A DNA stretch of 64,000 nucleotides from Bacillota bacterium (GCA_023622465.1 JAMNZE010000011.1:1588-65587), one strand, 5' to 3'. Numbered from the stretch's first letter, positions 46,214 to 55,963 are shown. The notes: a model not told the origin generated them from the letters alone. A program made the numbers and translations.

Positions 46214-46636
46214 TTACTCCATAAACTGCATTGGCGGTGGTGCGGGCGGCTCTTGTCGTGGGTTGCGACCGGCGAGTAGGCCCTGAACCTGATTAATAAG
46301 CTGGGGCGTTAGATCAACCAGGCGGTCAACCATAGTATTGGTATCTACAGGTAGCATACGAATGTTACCATTACCTACTACTAAGAAGCCCACCGGTTGG
46401 ACAGAAACCCCGGCGCCGGTGCCGCCGCCAAAGGGATGCCCCTTACCTTCACTGGTCTTTTGGGCTACAAACTCGCTTCCACCGGCGGCATAGCCGAAGG
46501 CCACGCGACTAATTGGCATTATCACGCTGCCGTCCGGCGTTTCAACCGGGTCGCCAACGATAGTATTCACATCCACCATTTCTTTCATACTCTCCATGAC
46601 CGTGCGCATCATGCCTTGAATCGGATGGTTGTCCAA
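46214..46636 (-). CDS. ytfJ: sporulation protein YtfJ (GerW family)
   Basis: The region GDPVETPDGSVIMPISRVAFGYAAGGSEF matches the YtfJ/GerW signature. Confidence 0.7.
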   Translation of the reverse strand: MDNHPIQGMMRTVMESMKEMVDVNTIVGDPVETPDGSVIMPISRVAFGYAAGGSEFVAQKTSEGKGHPFGGGTGAGVSVQPVGFLVVGNGNIRMLPVDTNTMVDRLVDLTPQLINQVQGLLAGRNPRQEPPAPPPMQFME

Positions 46637-46642
46637 GGTATT

Positions 46643-47185
46643 TCACCTCTTTCTTTGTCGCAACTTTAACCTAAGCCATCGGAGCTGTGTACTAATAACA
46701 TGCACGATTCGCATGCTAACTATGCAGTGGAAAGAGGTACAAAAATAGGTCTTATCAAAAACTGGAACAAACTCTATAGCCTCCGGCTCGGTCTCCCACC
46801 CTTTATTCTGTAACAAGGCTAGTAGCCAGCCATGGAATACCCATGCTAGTCCGATCACCATGCCGGTTAATGCCGCATCGGGCGTTCCGAACTCGGTTTT
46901 CCACTCTAATTTTTCTAAATGCCCGCGTTCAATTACGCTCCTGAATAGGGGCCGCTGCCATTTAACTAAAGGGGCAAGGCGTTTTAGGGAAGAAAGCTTT
47001 TCTCTAACTGGAGAACCACCGGCTAGAGATTTTTCAGCGCGATATAGGCGCAGACTGAAAGGCCCCAAAAGGGCGACCGTAAGTAAATCTTTTTTCCCTT
47101 CCCGCCAATAGCTGAGTTCAAATTTGATTTTCTGAATTAGAACCAATGGGGCAAAAAAAAGAAGAATAGCAATCCATAGTAGCAC
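46643..47185 (-). CDS. ytfI: DUF2953 family sporulation protein (YtfI-like)
   Basis: It has an N-terminal TM and conserved pairing with ytfJ. Confidence 0.5.
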   Translation of the reverse strand: MLLWIAILLFFAPLVLIQKIKFELSYWREGKKDLLTVALLGPFSLRLYRAEKSLAGGSPVREKLSSLKRLAPLVKWQRPLFRSVIERGHLEKLEWKTEFGTPDAALTGMVIGLAWVFHGWLLALLQNKGWETEPEAIEFVPVFDKTYFCTSFHCIVSMRIVHVISTQLRWLRLKLRQRKR

Positions 47186-47242
47186 TATAATAGCTCCTCC
47201 CGGGATTCCTATTCTATAATTACCCTCAATTACAAAAAAATA

Positions 47243-47776
47243 CTAAAGTCGCAGCCGCCCGACGGCAGGTAAATCTTCCAGCGATTTTAGTCCAAAGTAT
47301 TCCAAAAAGGCGTCACTGGTGGCATACAGAATGGGACGCCCGATGGTATCCTTGCGCCCAGCCTCTACTATTAAACCCCGTTCTAGTAGGGTTGCCAGAG
47401 CCTTCTCCGCTTTCACGCCTCGAATTTCTTCGATCTCAGCCCGGGTTATCGGTTGCCGGTAAGCAATAATAGCTAAGGTCTCTAAGGTAGGCTTTGACAA
47501 TTTATAATGTCGCTTAGGAGCCAGATTGGCTATTAAATCTGCCATTTCTGGCTTAGTGACCAGCTGCCAGCCCCCAGCTACAAAACGTAACATGATACCC
47601 CGTTCATTAGTCTGTAAAGCTTGCCTATAGCGTTCCAGTACCTGTTCGCATTCCCACAGGGGCATTCCCAATATTTCCGCTAGTTTTTCCAGACTTACCG
47701 GTTCGGGGGCGGCAAACAAAACTGCTTCCAGCTGCGCTTCCGGTCTAAATTGCCGCATGGACAACCCTCCTAGCAA
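47243..47776 (-). CDS. scpB: segregation and condensation protein B
   Basis: The winged-helix repeats are ScpB-like. The start could alternatively be the ATG at 47758. It overlaps scpA. Confidence 0.85.
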   Translation of the reverse strand: MLGGLSMRQFRPEAQLEAVLFAAPEPVSLEKLAEILGMPLWECEQVLERYRQALQTNERGIMLRFVAGGWQLVTKPEMADLIANLAPKRHYKLSKPTLETLAIIAYRQPITRAEIEEIRGVKAEKALATLLERGLIVEAGRKDTIGRPILYATSDAFLEYFGLKSLEDLPAVGRLRL

Positions 47777-48476
47777 TCAGCACCGGCGAAAGGTGATTCT
47801 CTTGCCAAACGATAATTCGCTGTAAACGTACCAATTCTAAGACGGCCAAAAAGGTGGTCACGATTTCTTCTCTGCTAGCTTGCGACGTCAATAACTCCTC
47901 GAAAGAAAGCACTTCCTGTCTATCGGTCAGCCGGTGTTCAATATAGGCCATTTGTTCCCCCACGGTGTAGCTTTCAGTCTCCACGGTAATTATGTCTGGT
48001 CTATCTATACTTTTGCAAGCCTCTTGCGCCATGACGGCCAAAGTTAGTAAAGAAACTCCTTGCAAGGGGTCGTCCACCGGCCGCGGCCCTAATTCTTCCA
48101 TATACCCCCTAGGATATAGGACCATGCTTGTCTCGGCCATCCGCTCCAACTCCTCTGCCGCCTCCTTAAATCCTTCATAAAGCAGCAGGCGCGTAATCAG
48201 AGCTTCCTCCTCATCGATGGATTCCTCTGCCGGCGGTTCATTTTCCGGCCGGGGCAATAGCAGGCGAGCCTTAATGCGTATAAGGGTGGAAGCCATCACC
48301 ATAAAGTCCCCCGCCTGCTCCACATCAATCTTCTCCAGTTGTCGTGTATACTCTATAAACTGCTCACAAATGCTCTGAATACGTATCTCCCATACGCTGA
48401 TTTGGGATCGGCGAACCAGCTGTAGTAGCAAGTCCAAGGGGCCCTCAAAAGTCTCCAGAGCAACATTTATCGCCAT
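47745..48476 (-). CDS. scpA: segregation and condensation protein A
   Basis: The N-terminus FEGPLDLLLQLVRR is ScpA-like. Confidence 0.85.
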   Translation of the reverse strand: MAINVALETFEGPLDLLLQLVRRSQISVWEIRIQSICEQFIEYTRQLEKIDVEQAGDFMVMASTLIRIKARLLLPRPENEPPAEESIDEEEALITRLLLYEGFKEAAEELERMAETSMVLYPRGYMEELGPRPVDDPLQGVSLLTLAVMAQEACKSIDRPDIITVETESYTVGEQMAYIEHRLTDRQEVLSFEELLTSQASREEIVTTFLAVLELVRLQRIIVWQENHLSPVLIARRVVHAAI

Positions 48477-48489
48477 CTACAATCACTTC

Positions 48490-49125
48490 CTAGTACAATC
48501 CCAACAAAGTGAAAACAACTACTTCGTATATCCCCATAATGCCTCTTGCAATGCGGCCGATGGTCTCTGTAACAAGCCCGCTGGAAATCGCCAGAATTAA
48601 AATCAAGAAACCATACTGGCTGATAGTGTCCAGATATCGGTATACTATACCTCGGGGTAAGAAAAAGAAAAGCAATTTGGAGCCATCCAATGGTGGTATG
48701 GGAATCAAGTTAAAAACAGCGAAATAGACGTTATACAATATCAACCAATTTAGCAGTCTTACAAAAGGCGTGTTCCCGGTGTTGAGGAGCAAAAGAGCAG
48801 AAAGCAAGGTGGCAGCAAGCCCTAGTAAAAGATTCATGGCCGGGCCGGCTAGCGATACCCAAGCCATCCCCTGCTCCCGATTATCAAAATTATAAGGATT
48901 AACCTCCACTGGCTTAGCCCAGCCAAATCTAAATATAAGTAGCATGACAAGTCCGATGGGATCAATGTGGGCGATCGGGTTCAGGGTGAGCCTACCCCGT
49001 ATGCGGGGGGTAGGATCTCCTAAACGATCGGCCACCCAAGCATGGGCATATTCATGGAAGGTTAAAGCTATCAGCAAAGCTGGCAGTTGTAAGAAAATAT
49101 CAGGGGTGAAACTTCTTAACATCAC
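48490..49125 (-). CDS. site-2 protease family (M50) membrane metalloprotease
   Basis: It has HEYAHAW (HExxH) within a TM helix and a downstream LDG motif. Confidence 0.7.
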   Translation of the reverse strand: MMLRSFTPDIFLQLPALLIALTFHEYAHAWVADRLGDPTPRIRGRLTLNPIAHIDPIGLVMLLIFRFGWAKPVEVNPYNFDNREQGMAWVSLAGPAMNLLLGLAATLLSALLLLNTGNTPFVRLLNWLILYNVYFAVFNLIPIPPLDGSKLLFFFLPRGIVYRYLDTISQYGFLILILAISSGLVTETIGRIARGIMGIYEVVVFTLLGLY

Positions 49126-51797
49126 TATCTTCCTTCCTCTGGTGTCAGCAATAGCTGACGTGCTAACTCTAGTTCCTGCTCCTTATTGACTACCTGACCA
49201 TTTAGGCGGGCCATGTGTATTTTTCGCAGAATTTCACCCACCTGCGGACCCGGTTTAAGACCAATGCTCAATAGATCATGGCCATTAACTTCGGGGTGGA
49301 CGTTAACTAAGTGCTTCCAGTACTCTGCCAGCTGTTTTCTGACCGCCCTACCCTGCAACACGGCCATAGCCACCTGACATTCGGCCGGTTGTCCCTCCAG
49401 CAATTGAAACACCTCTTCCCCGCGGCTGGCCTCGGTTAACCCCGTAGCCAAACCGGCCTGCGTAGCAGAGAAGGAAAGTAACATTTCCCGTTCTCTTTTC
49501 GTTAGGGCCAGCCGCTCTGGCCACAAGTGCAATTGCTCTGTGGTAACTCCCGTTGAAAGAAGCAACAAATATACCAACCAACGCTCTAAAGTGGTATCCG
49601 TTTGTAGGTCTTCAAACCACTGGATATGGTCCTGGGCATCACGCAGATGGGCAATCAGTGTATCGGAGAGTTCTAGGCCCGGCAAAAGGGTCGGCCAGAT
49701 CCCCAGTTCATCCATGCGTAATATTATATGAGGGGCCTTATCCTCGCTTAAGGATTGCACCAGCTCGTCCTTGATCCGCTCGCCTGAGACTTCTTTTAAT
49801 AGATTATGCTCTAAGGCGTTTCTTAAGAAACCCATGGTTTCAGGCTCTATCTTAAATCCATAACGTTGTTCGAAGCGAATAGCGCGCAAAATGCGCGTAG
49901 GATCATCTACAAAACTTAAGTTATAGAGAACCCGGACAATTCCTGCTTCCAAATCGGCGCGACCACCGAAAAAGTCATAGAAGCGCCCATAATCGGTTCC
50001 GTGCAGAGCGATGGCCATGGTATTGATAGTAAAATCTCGCCGATAGAGGTCTTGCTTCAGATTTGCCTGCTCCACAGTAGGCATAGCCGCCGGACTGACG
50101 TAAAATTCGGAGCGGGCCGTGACTAAGTCCACAGTGACACCATCGGGGCGCTTAATTGTGGCCGTACCAAACTGGGGGTAGGTCTGAACGGACCCACCAA
50201 AAACTTTGGCCAGCTGTTCAGCAAATTCTATGGCCGACGGCTCCACCACAATATCGATATCATGGTTTGGAACGTTGAGCAATAGATCGCGCACTATACC
50301 TCCTACCAAATAGGCCCGTACCTGGTGGCGCGCCGCTTGCTTCCCGATCAGCAACAGCAGTCCTTGTAGTTTCTTAGGCAAGCGTTCGGTCATCAAATTG
50401 GCCAGCATAGTGCTCCGAGACGGTTCGTCAACGGTGGCACGCCCATTCATTTGATACCAATGGGGATAGCTACGTCCATGCAAAGCCTTCAACACATCGG
50501 TACGAGTCACTATCCCGATGAGCTTCCCCTCCTGATCAACTACCGGTAACCGCCCGATGTCTTTGCCGACTAGCAATCGCTGTATTTCGTCCAACGAAGC
50601 AGTGGGAGAAATGGTTACCACATTGGTAGACATGAAACCTTTCACGGGAGCATGGGTTAAACCATGATGGATAGCCTTATCCACATCACGGCGAGAAATG
50701 ATACCTACCAACTGCCCATCGGCAATGACCGGTAAACCGCCATGACCATAACGCAACATGGCTTGGCCCACTTCTTCCATAGAGGTATCAGGAACGGTGC
50801 TATGAATCGGCTGGGACATGATATCGGCGGCTGTCAGAGGAGGACTCAAGCGGGTTGCTAAATAGCTCACCAGCTGTTGCTTCAGCTCTAGTAATGAGCG
50901 TCCCTTAATAGTAGCAGCAGCAGCTAAAGGGTGGCCACTGCCACCGAAATGGGCAACAATTTCGTTTACCGGCAGGTGATTGAGGCGACTGCGGGCGGTT
51001 AGATGCACGCGCCCGTCCATTTCTACTAGGCAAAACACTAGATCGGCTCCTTCAATGGCTGCCAAACGCTCGCTGAGCAGTCCTAAGCCATCTAGGTAAT
51101 AGTCAATAGAACAGAGGGTGATGAGAATGCTTACTCCATGGTGATAGAATCGCTCCGAATTGGCTAACATCTCTTCTAGCAAAAGGCGATGGTTTTGAGT
51201 CAACGGACTATGTAAATAGCGATGAATTACTTCTAAATCGGCTCCCGCTTCTAACAGGAACCGAATAGCATCCACATCTTGCAAGGTGGTAGTAGGTGCG
51301 GTGAGAGAGGAAGTATCGGCATAGATACCGAGAGCCATAACCGTGGCTTCCAATTGGTTGGGTACCAGGTTCTGGGCCGCCATACGGTTCACCAGAAAAC
51401 TGGTGATAGCCCCCACCTTAGCATGATGCAGTTTAGCCCGGGTAATCGGCTCTCTAGGTGGCGGATGATGATCAAAAATTGTCACCTGTACATCCGGTCG
51501 TTCCAACAAAGCTTTAAAACGACCTAAACGCTTGGCTTGTTGAGTATCAACGATAATTAACTCGCTTACAGTACCAAGATTAAGCATTTCGGGGGCTCTA
51601 ATAGGCAGCGAATCCCTATACAAGGAGTAAAATTCGCGTACGGGGCGGCTCAACTGTCCAGAAAAATAGAGGGCTGCCTTAGGGTAGAGCTGGGCAGCGG
51701 CTAACATGGCTCCTAAACCATCAAAATCCGTGTTTACATGGGTTGTAATTACCTGCACAACCAAGTACCCCCCTTCACCTACATATAAATTATACAT
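49125..51797 (-). CDS. multidomain protein: DHH/DHHA1 phosphoesterase, CBS pair, and poly(A) polymerase/CCA-adding nucleotidyltransferase with an HD-like C-terminus
   Basis: The domains run N-terminal DHH (NTDFDGLGAM), then CBS pair, then PolyA_pol head (YLVGGIVRDLLL, DHDIDIVV). The protein is 890 aa and its stop overlaps the M50 start. Confidence 0.75.
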   Translation of the reverse strand: MYNLYVGEGGYLVVQVITTHVNTDFDGLGAMLAAAQLYPKAALYFSGQLSRPVREFYSLYRDSLPIRAPEMLNLGTVSELIIVDTQQAKRLGRFKALLERPDVQVTIFDHHPPPREPITRAKLHHAKVGAITSFLVNRMAAQNLVPNQLEATVMALGIYADTSSLTAPTTTLQDVDAIRFLLEAGADLEVIHRYLHSPLTQNHRLLLEEMLANSERFYHHGVSILITLCSIDYYLDGLGLLSERLAAIEGADLVFCLVEMDGRVHLTARSRLNHLPVNEIVAHFGGSGHPLAAAATIKGRSLLELKQQLVSYLATRLSPPLTAADIMSQPIHSTVPDTSMEEVGQAMLRYGHGGLPVIADGQLVGIISRRDVDKAIHHGLTHAPVKGFMSTNVVTISPTASLDEIQRLLVGKDIGRLPVVDQEGKLIGIVTRTDVLKALHGRSYPHWYQMNGRATVDEPSRSTMLANLMTERLPKKLQGLLLLIGKQAARHQVRAYLVGGIVRDLLLNVPNHDIDIVVEPSAIEFAEQLAKVFGGSVQTYPQFGTATIKRPDGVTVDLVTARSEFYVSPAAMPTVEQANLKQDLYRRDFTINTMAIALHGTDYGRFYDFFGGRADLEAGIVRVLYNLSFVDDPTRILRAIRFEQRYGFKIEPETMGFLRNALEHNLLKEVSGERIKDELVQSLSEDKAPHIILRMDELGIWPTLLPGLELSDTLIAHLRDAQDHIQWFEDLQTDTTLERWLVYLLLLSTGVTTEQLHLWPERLALTKREREMLLSFSATQAGLATGLTEASRGEEVFQLLEGQPAECQVAMAVLQGRAVRKQLAEYWKHLVNVHPEVNGHDLLSIGLKPGPQVGEILRKIHMARLNGQVVNKEQELELARQLLLTPEEGR

Positions 51798-52014
51798 GTA
51801 CTCTCCACCTATTGCCAGCAGGCAGTTAGGCAGAGGGGAAATAGGGGTTTGGTGAGAGGAATTTCGTAGAAGCCACGGGATGCTGCTCTAGGCACGGTAG
51901 GGCCTGCCCGTGCTTAAGCACATCCCGCAGCCTAAAGTGTATCCGAAACTACCATTGGCATACCAATAGACTCCTAGGACCTCTTTTTTCCATAATCCCC
52001 ATACACTAGCTCAC

Positions 52015-52368
52015 CTAACCTTTAGGGTCAAAAAGCAAAGCTACAATAAAACCAAAAATTATAGCCGACGTGATACCCGCACTACTCAGATCAAAAATAC
52101 CGGCCAAAACACCGACTATCCCATGGATTTCCAACTCCCGCAAAGCTCCTTGCACCAATTGATGGCCAAAGGAAGTGATGGGGACCGTGGCCCCTGCCCC
52201 AGCAAACTGCACCAGGGGTTCATACAGCCCTAAGCCTGATAGAATTCCCCCTATTACAACAAAGAGGGTTAACACATGGGCCGGAGTAAGGGAAGTTAAA
52301 TCAAAGAGAAGCTGAGCCAAGGCACAAATTAGTCCGCCGACGAGAAAGGCCGTTAAGTAGCTACCCAT
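52015..52368 (-). CDS. spoVAEb: stage V sporulation protein AEb
   Basis: It is a SpoVAC/SpoVAEb-family small membrane protein lying directly after spoVAD. Confidence 0.7.
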   Translation of the reverse strand: MGSYLTAFLVGGLICALAQLLFDLTSLTPAHVLTLFVVIGGILSGLGLYEPLVQFAGAGATVPITSFGHQLVQGALRELEIHGIVGVLAGIFDLSSAGITSAIIFGFIVALLFDPKG

Positions 52369-53403
52369 TTATTGCGCCTCCTTTGCTAGCTGTTCTAGCA
52401 CCACCGCATGGGCAATGCAAGGAATCGATTCGCCCTGTTGAAAGGTCAAAGGGCTTAGCAGGGCGCCAGTCGCAATAATCAATACCCGTTGCAACTCGCC
52501 GCTTATCACTTTCGGCAGAACGCTACCCAAGGTAACTACCGCCGAACAGGCGCAACCGCTGCCGCCGGCAAACACCGGCTGTTGCTGCAAATCAAAAACA
52601 CGGCAACCGCAATCATCATACTTGTCCTTTAGATTAATGCCTTCCTGTTTCGCCAGCTCTAGCATAATTTTCTTCCCCACACTAGCTAAATCCCCCGTAA
52701 GGATCAAATCATAATCGGCCACCGATCGTCCCGTGTCTAAAAGGTGGCGTTGCAAGGTATCCATAGCCGCAGGAGCCATGGCCGAGCCCATGTCGAAAGG
52801 GTCCTTTATACCCATGTCCAATACTCGGCCTATTGTAAAATGGGTAATGGCGGGCAGATGGGGATCGTCGGCTTGAGATACCAGGGCGGCGCCGCTACCG
52901 GTCACCGTTGTTTGCGAATAGGGCGGCCGCTGTCCTCCATATTCGGTAGGATAACGATATTGGCGCTCGCTGGTGCCATAATGGCTGGAAACGGCCGCCA
53001 CAGTGTGGCTAGCATAACCGCCATCAACTAGCACCGCTGCTAGCCCCAGAGACTCGGCAAAGCTGGAACAAGCCCCATAAAGACCCAAAAAGGGGATTCC
53101 TAGGTCTCGGGCCGCAAAATTGCAGGTGATAATCTGGTTAAGGAGGTCGCCGGCCAACATGTAGTCAATATCTTGGCTGGTAAGTCCCCCCTTGGTAATG
53201 GCCAAATTAACCGCTTCTTTCATCATAGCCCGCTCGCTAGCCTCCCAGCTTTTATGCCCCAGGGTCTGATCCGGATACACGATATCGTAACAGGAACCGA
53301 GGGGACCTTCTCCTTCCAAGGGACCTACGACGGTGGCAGCTGCTTTGATACGAGGAAAATTGTTAAATACTAGAGTTTGCGCACCCAACTTTCGTTCCAG
53401 CAT
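52369..53403 (-). CDS. spoVAD: stage V sporulation protein AD
   Basis: It is thiolase/KAS-like and matches the SpoVAD signature along its length. Confidence 0.85.
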   Translation of the reverse strand: MLERKLGAQTLVFNNFPRIKAAATVVGPLEGEGPLGSCYDIVYPDQTLGHKSWEASERAMMKEAVNLAITKGGLTSQDIDYMLAGDLLNQIITCNFAARDLGIPFLGLYGACSSFAESLGLAAVLVDGGYASHTVAAVSSHYGTSERQYRYPTEYGGQRPPYSQTTVTGSGAALVSQADDPHLPAITHFTIGRVLDMGIKDPFDMGSAMAPAAMDTLQRHLLDTGRSVADYDLILTGDLASVGKKIMLELAKQEGINLKDKYDDCGCRVFDLQQQPVFAGGSGCACSAVVTLGSVLPKVISGELQRVLIIATGALLSPLTFQQGESIPCIAHAVVLEQLAKEAQ

Positions 53404-53413
53404 ACCTACCCTC

Positions 53414-53872
53414 CTAACCTAACAACGCCTTGATTATACCCACCACGAAGGCTGTTACTGTGCCATACACGATTACCGGGCCGGCTAAAGAAAACATCTT
53501 TGCGCCTACCCCTAAAACCAAACCTTCCCGTTTAAATTCTAGGGCGGCCGAAACCACCGAGTTGGCAAACCCGGTTACCGGCACTGCCGTTCCCGCACCA
53601 GCGAATTGAGCGATAACATCATAAATCCCTAGCCCGGTGAGCACGGCAGAAATCAATATTAAGGTTGCTACCGTTGGGTTGCCCACATCCTCTACGGAAA
53701 AGCCTAAACGTAAGTACAGCTGGGTGATAGCCTGGCCGAAAACACAGATTAATCCGCCCACCACATAAGCCACGATTACATTACGTAACACCGGCGGTTT
53801 GGGTTTTTGCTTTTGAGCCAGACTTTGGTACGCCTGTTGCTGGGCCTGCTGTTGTTTCTTATCCGCTGACAT
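53414..53872 (-). CDS. spoVAC: stage V sporulation protein AC
   Basis: It is a SpoVAC-family membrane protein with a Gln-rich N-terminus. Confidence 0.75.
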   Translation of the reverse strand: MSADKKQQQAQQQAYQSLAQKQKPKPPVLRNVIVAYVVGGLICVFGQAITQLYLRLGFSVEDVGNPTVATLILISAVLTGLGIYDVIAQFAGAGTAVPVTGFANSVVSAALEFKREGLVLGVGAKMFSLAGPVIVYGTVTAFVVGIIKALLG

Positions 53873-53935
53873 TGATATTTTCCTCCTATCTTCCCTAGCA
53901 AAAAATACCCAGGCGACGGCCTGGGCGGGAACCGA

Positions 53936-54145
53936 TTACTCCTGATCGTATACGTAAGCAATTTTTACGTTTGCTTTGAAATCAACGATTTTCCCATCAA
54001 CAACGTCACCGGTAAAGTTGTAGACTTCTACTCCAGTTATGTTAGGATGTTGGCGGGCCGCCTGGGCTACCGCATTTCTTACCGCAGCTTCAAACCCCTG
54101 TTTCGATTCGCCTACCACTTCCACTACCTTAACCAGTGTGCTCAC
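53936..54145 (-). CDS. dodecin family flavin-binding protein
   Basis: The start was set at a GTG with an AAGGAGGG Shine-Dalgarno, giving MSTLVKVVEVVGESKQGFEAAVRNAVAQAA... (69 aa), which is dodecin-like. Confidence 0.55.
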   Translation of the reverse strand: MSTLVKVVEVVGESKQGFEAAVRNAVAQAARQHPNITGVEVYNFTGDVVDGKIVDFKANVKIAYVYDQE

Positions 54146-54348
54146 ACCATTACCCTCCTTGTTGCAATGGAATAATAGGGATGAACCAACCGCCCGTCGA
54201 TGGAATCGCCGTCCGTTTGCATAACGAGAATACCGCCCTGGGGAATTCGGTCTACCGAGTTGGACCAAATGAACCACATGGCTAAGGCTATCAATAGGAG
54301 CAGCAATGATAAAACAACTACTTTATAGCGAGTATCAGAAAACAACAC
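54142..54348 (-). CDS. hypothetical small membrane protein (68 aa)
   Basis: The start was set at a GTG with an AGGTGG Shine-Dalgarno just after the sigF stop. It has a single TM and a 4-nt overlap with the dodecin start. Confidence 0.3.
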   Translation of the reverse strand: MLFSDTRYKVVVLSLLLLLIALAMWFIWSNSVDRIPQGGILVMQTDGDSIDGRLVHPYYSIATRRVMV

Positions 54349-55153
54349 GGTTGGCCACCTCTTTCTGAATCGGTTTATCGCTCTTAGTATAAACATCCCA
54401 TCCACCTAATGAAGCCCGTAATTTCTGTAGAATCTTTTTCTCCAAGCGGGAGATTTGTACCTGGGATACGTTGAAACACTTGGCAACCTCTGTCTGGGTT
54501 TTGCCTTGAAAATAGCGCATTTGGATTATTGTTTGTTCCCTCGGTGCCAATTGGCCAATTAGCGTTTGTAAAGCTATATTGTCAGTCCAAGCCTCGTCAG
54601 GCTGTGGCTCATCGGTGAGATGGTCAATTAGGTAAATCGGGTTGCCATCATCTTGATATATCTGGCTTTGTAAAGATGCGGGTGTACTAGTAGCTTCCAA
54701 CGCTAGCACAAGGGTTTCAGCCTCTACGTCCAAAGCTGATGCCAATTCCTCAATCGTAACTTCCCTACCTAAAGAAGTACTTAAACTCTCCTGTTCTCGG
54801 CGAGCCCTAGCTGCCAGCTCCTTCAAGCTACGGCTTACCTTAATCGGACCATTATCGCGCAAGTAACGGCGGATCTCGCCCAAAATGAGGGGGACGGCGT
54901 AGGTAGAAAACCGTACATTCTGACTTAAGTCGAAGCGGTCAATGGCTCGTATCAATCCTAAACAGCCCAGCTGAAAGAGATCCTCCATTTCCACCTGCCG
55001 GTGAGCAAAACGGCCAACCAACGACCGAACCAAGCGCAAATTGCAATTCACCAAGTAGTCGCGGGCCCCAGTATCACCCGCCTGAGCTCGAGCTATTAAA
55101 CGCTTGGTTTCCTCGTCGCTCAATAAGGGTAACTTTTTTTCCGGTCCCTGCAT
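54335..55153 (-). CDS. sigF: RNA polymerase sporulation sigma factor SigF
   Basis: Sigma-70 regions 2, 3 and 4 are present and it follows spoIIAB. The start is probably the ATG at 55153 (MQGPEKK). Confidence 0.9.
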   Translation of the reverse strand: MQGPEKKLPLLSDEETKRLIARAQAGDTGARDYLVNCNLRLVRSLVGRFAHRQVEMEDLFQLGCLGLIRAIDRFDLSQNVRFSTYAVPLILGEIRRYLRDNGPIKVSRSLKELAARARREQESLSTSLGREVTIEELASALDVEAETLVLALEATSTPASLQSQIYQDDGNPIYLIDHLTDEPQPDEAWTDNIALQTLIGQLAPREQTIIQMRYFQGKTQTEVAKCFNVSQVQISRLEKKILQKLRASLGGWDVYTKSDKPIQKEVANRVVF

Positions 55154-55161
55154 GGCAATAC

Positions 55162-55617
55162 CTATTCCTGCGTATCGGACTGCGCAGCTAACCACTTCAC
55201 CATACGTACAGAAGTACCCTGATTCGGCTTGGAAGTAACGCTCAACTCATGCATGAAGCTTTCCATAAAAGAAAACCCCATGCCCGTTCGCTCCTGATCA
55301 GCCTTGGTGGTAAACATTGGTTCCATGGCCTGCGCAACATCCTCTATGCCGATGCCATCATCTTCTACAATAATCTCTAGGCCGTTGCCCTCCAGAATCC
55401 TGGCGCGAATACGGACCTCACCAACTCCATGCTCATAGGCATGAATAATTGCGTTGGTAACCGCCTCCGAAACGGCAGTCATTATTTCATCTAATTCTAC
55501 CAGCGTCCAGTCACCCACTTGCAGCGCAAAGGCAGCAACCGCCTGGCGAGCAAACCTCTCATTTTGAGATAAAGAAGGGAAACAGAGCAGCATACTATTC
55601 TTAACTTCCATCATCAT
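55162..55617 (-). CDS. spoIIAB: anti-sigma F factor (serine kinase)
   Basis: It has a GHKL ATPase signature (EAVTNAIIHAY, DDGIGI). Confidence 0.9.
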   Translation of the reverse strand: MMMEVKNSMLLCFPSLSQNERFARQAVAAFALQVGDWTLVELDEIMTAVSEAVTNAIIHAYEHGVGEVRIRARILEGNGLEIIVEDDGIGIEDVAQAMEPMFTTKADQERTGMGFSFMESFMHELSVTSKPNQGTSVRMVKWLAAQSDTQE

Positions 55618-55627
55618 TCGCCCCCCA

Positions 55628-55963
55628 TTACAGTTGCTCTAGCGCCAACTTTTCAGTCGGATAGATGCCCATAATGCGAGTTAGCCCCGATAGTTCAAAT
55701 ATTCTTCTTACTTGTTGGTTAAGGCAACAGGCCGCCATTTGCCCCCCCATTTGACTCAAGCGCCGATAGCGACCGAGAATAACTCCTAAGCCCGAGCTAT
55801 CCATAAATGTAAGTCCCTGCAAATTGAGCAGAACGGAAGTGGCTACGTCCTTATCTAGCTCCTTTTCAATAGCCGTGCGCAAGGCATCAGCCGTATGGTG
55901 GTCAAGCTCGCCCGTTAGACGCACAACTAAAGTGCGGTTTTTCATTTCCAGTTCAATCTGCAA
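55628..55963 (-). CDS. spoIIAA: anti-sigma F factor antagonist (STAS)
   Basis: It has a STAS domain with phosphorylatable Ser in FMDSSGLG. Confidence 0.85.
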   Translation of the reverse strand: MQIELEMKNRTLVVRLTGELDHHTADALRTAIEKELDKDVATSVLLNLQGLTFMDSSGLGVILGRYRRLSQMGGQMAACCLNQQVRRIFELSGLTRIMGIYPTEKLALEQL

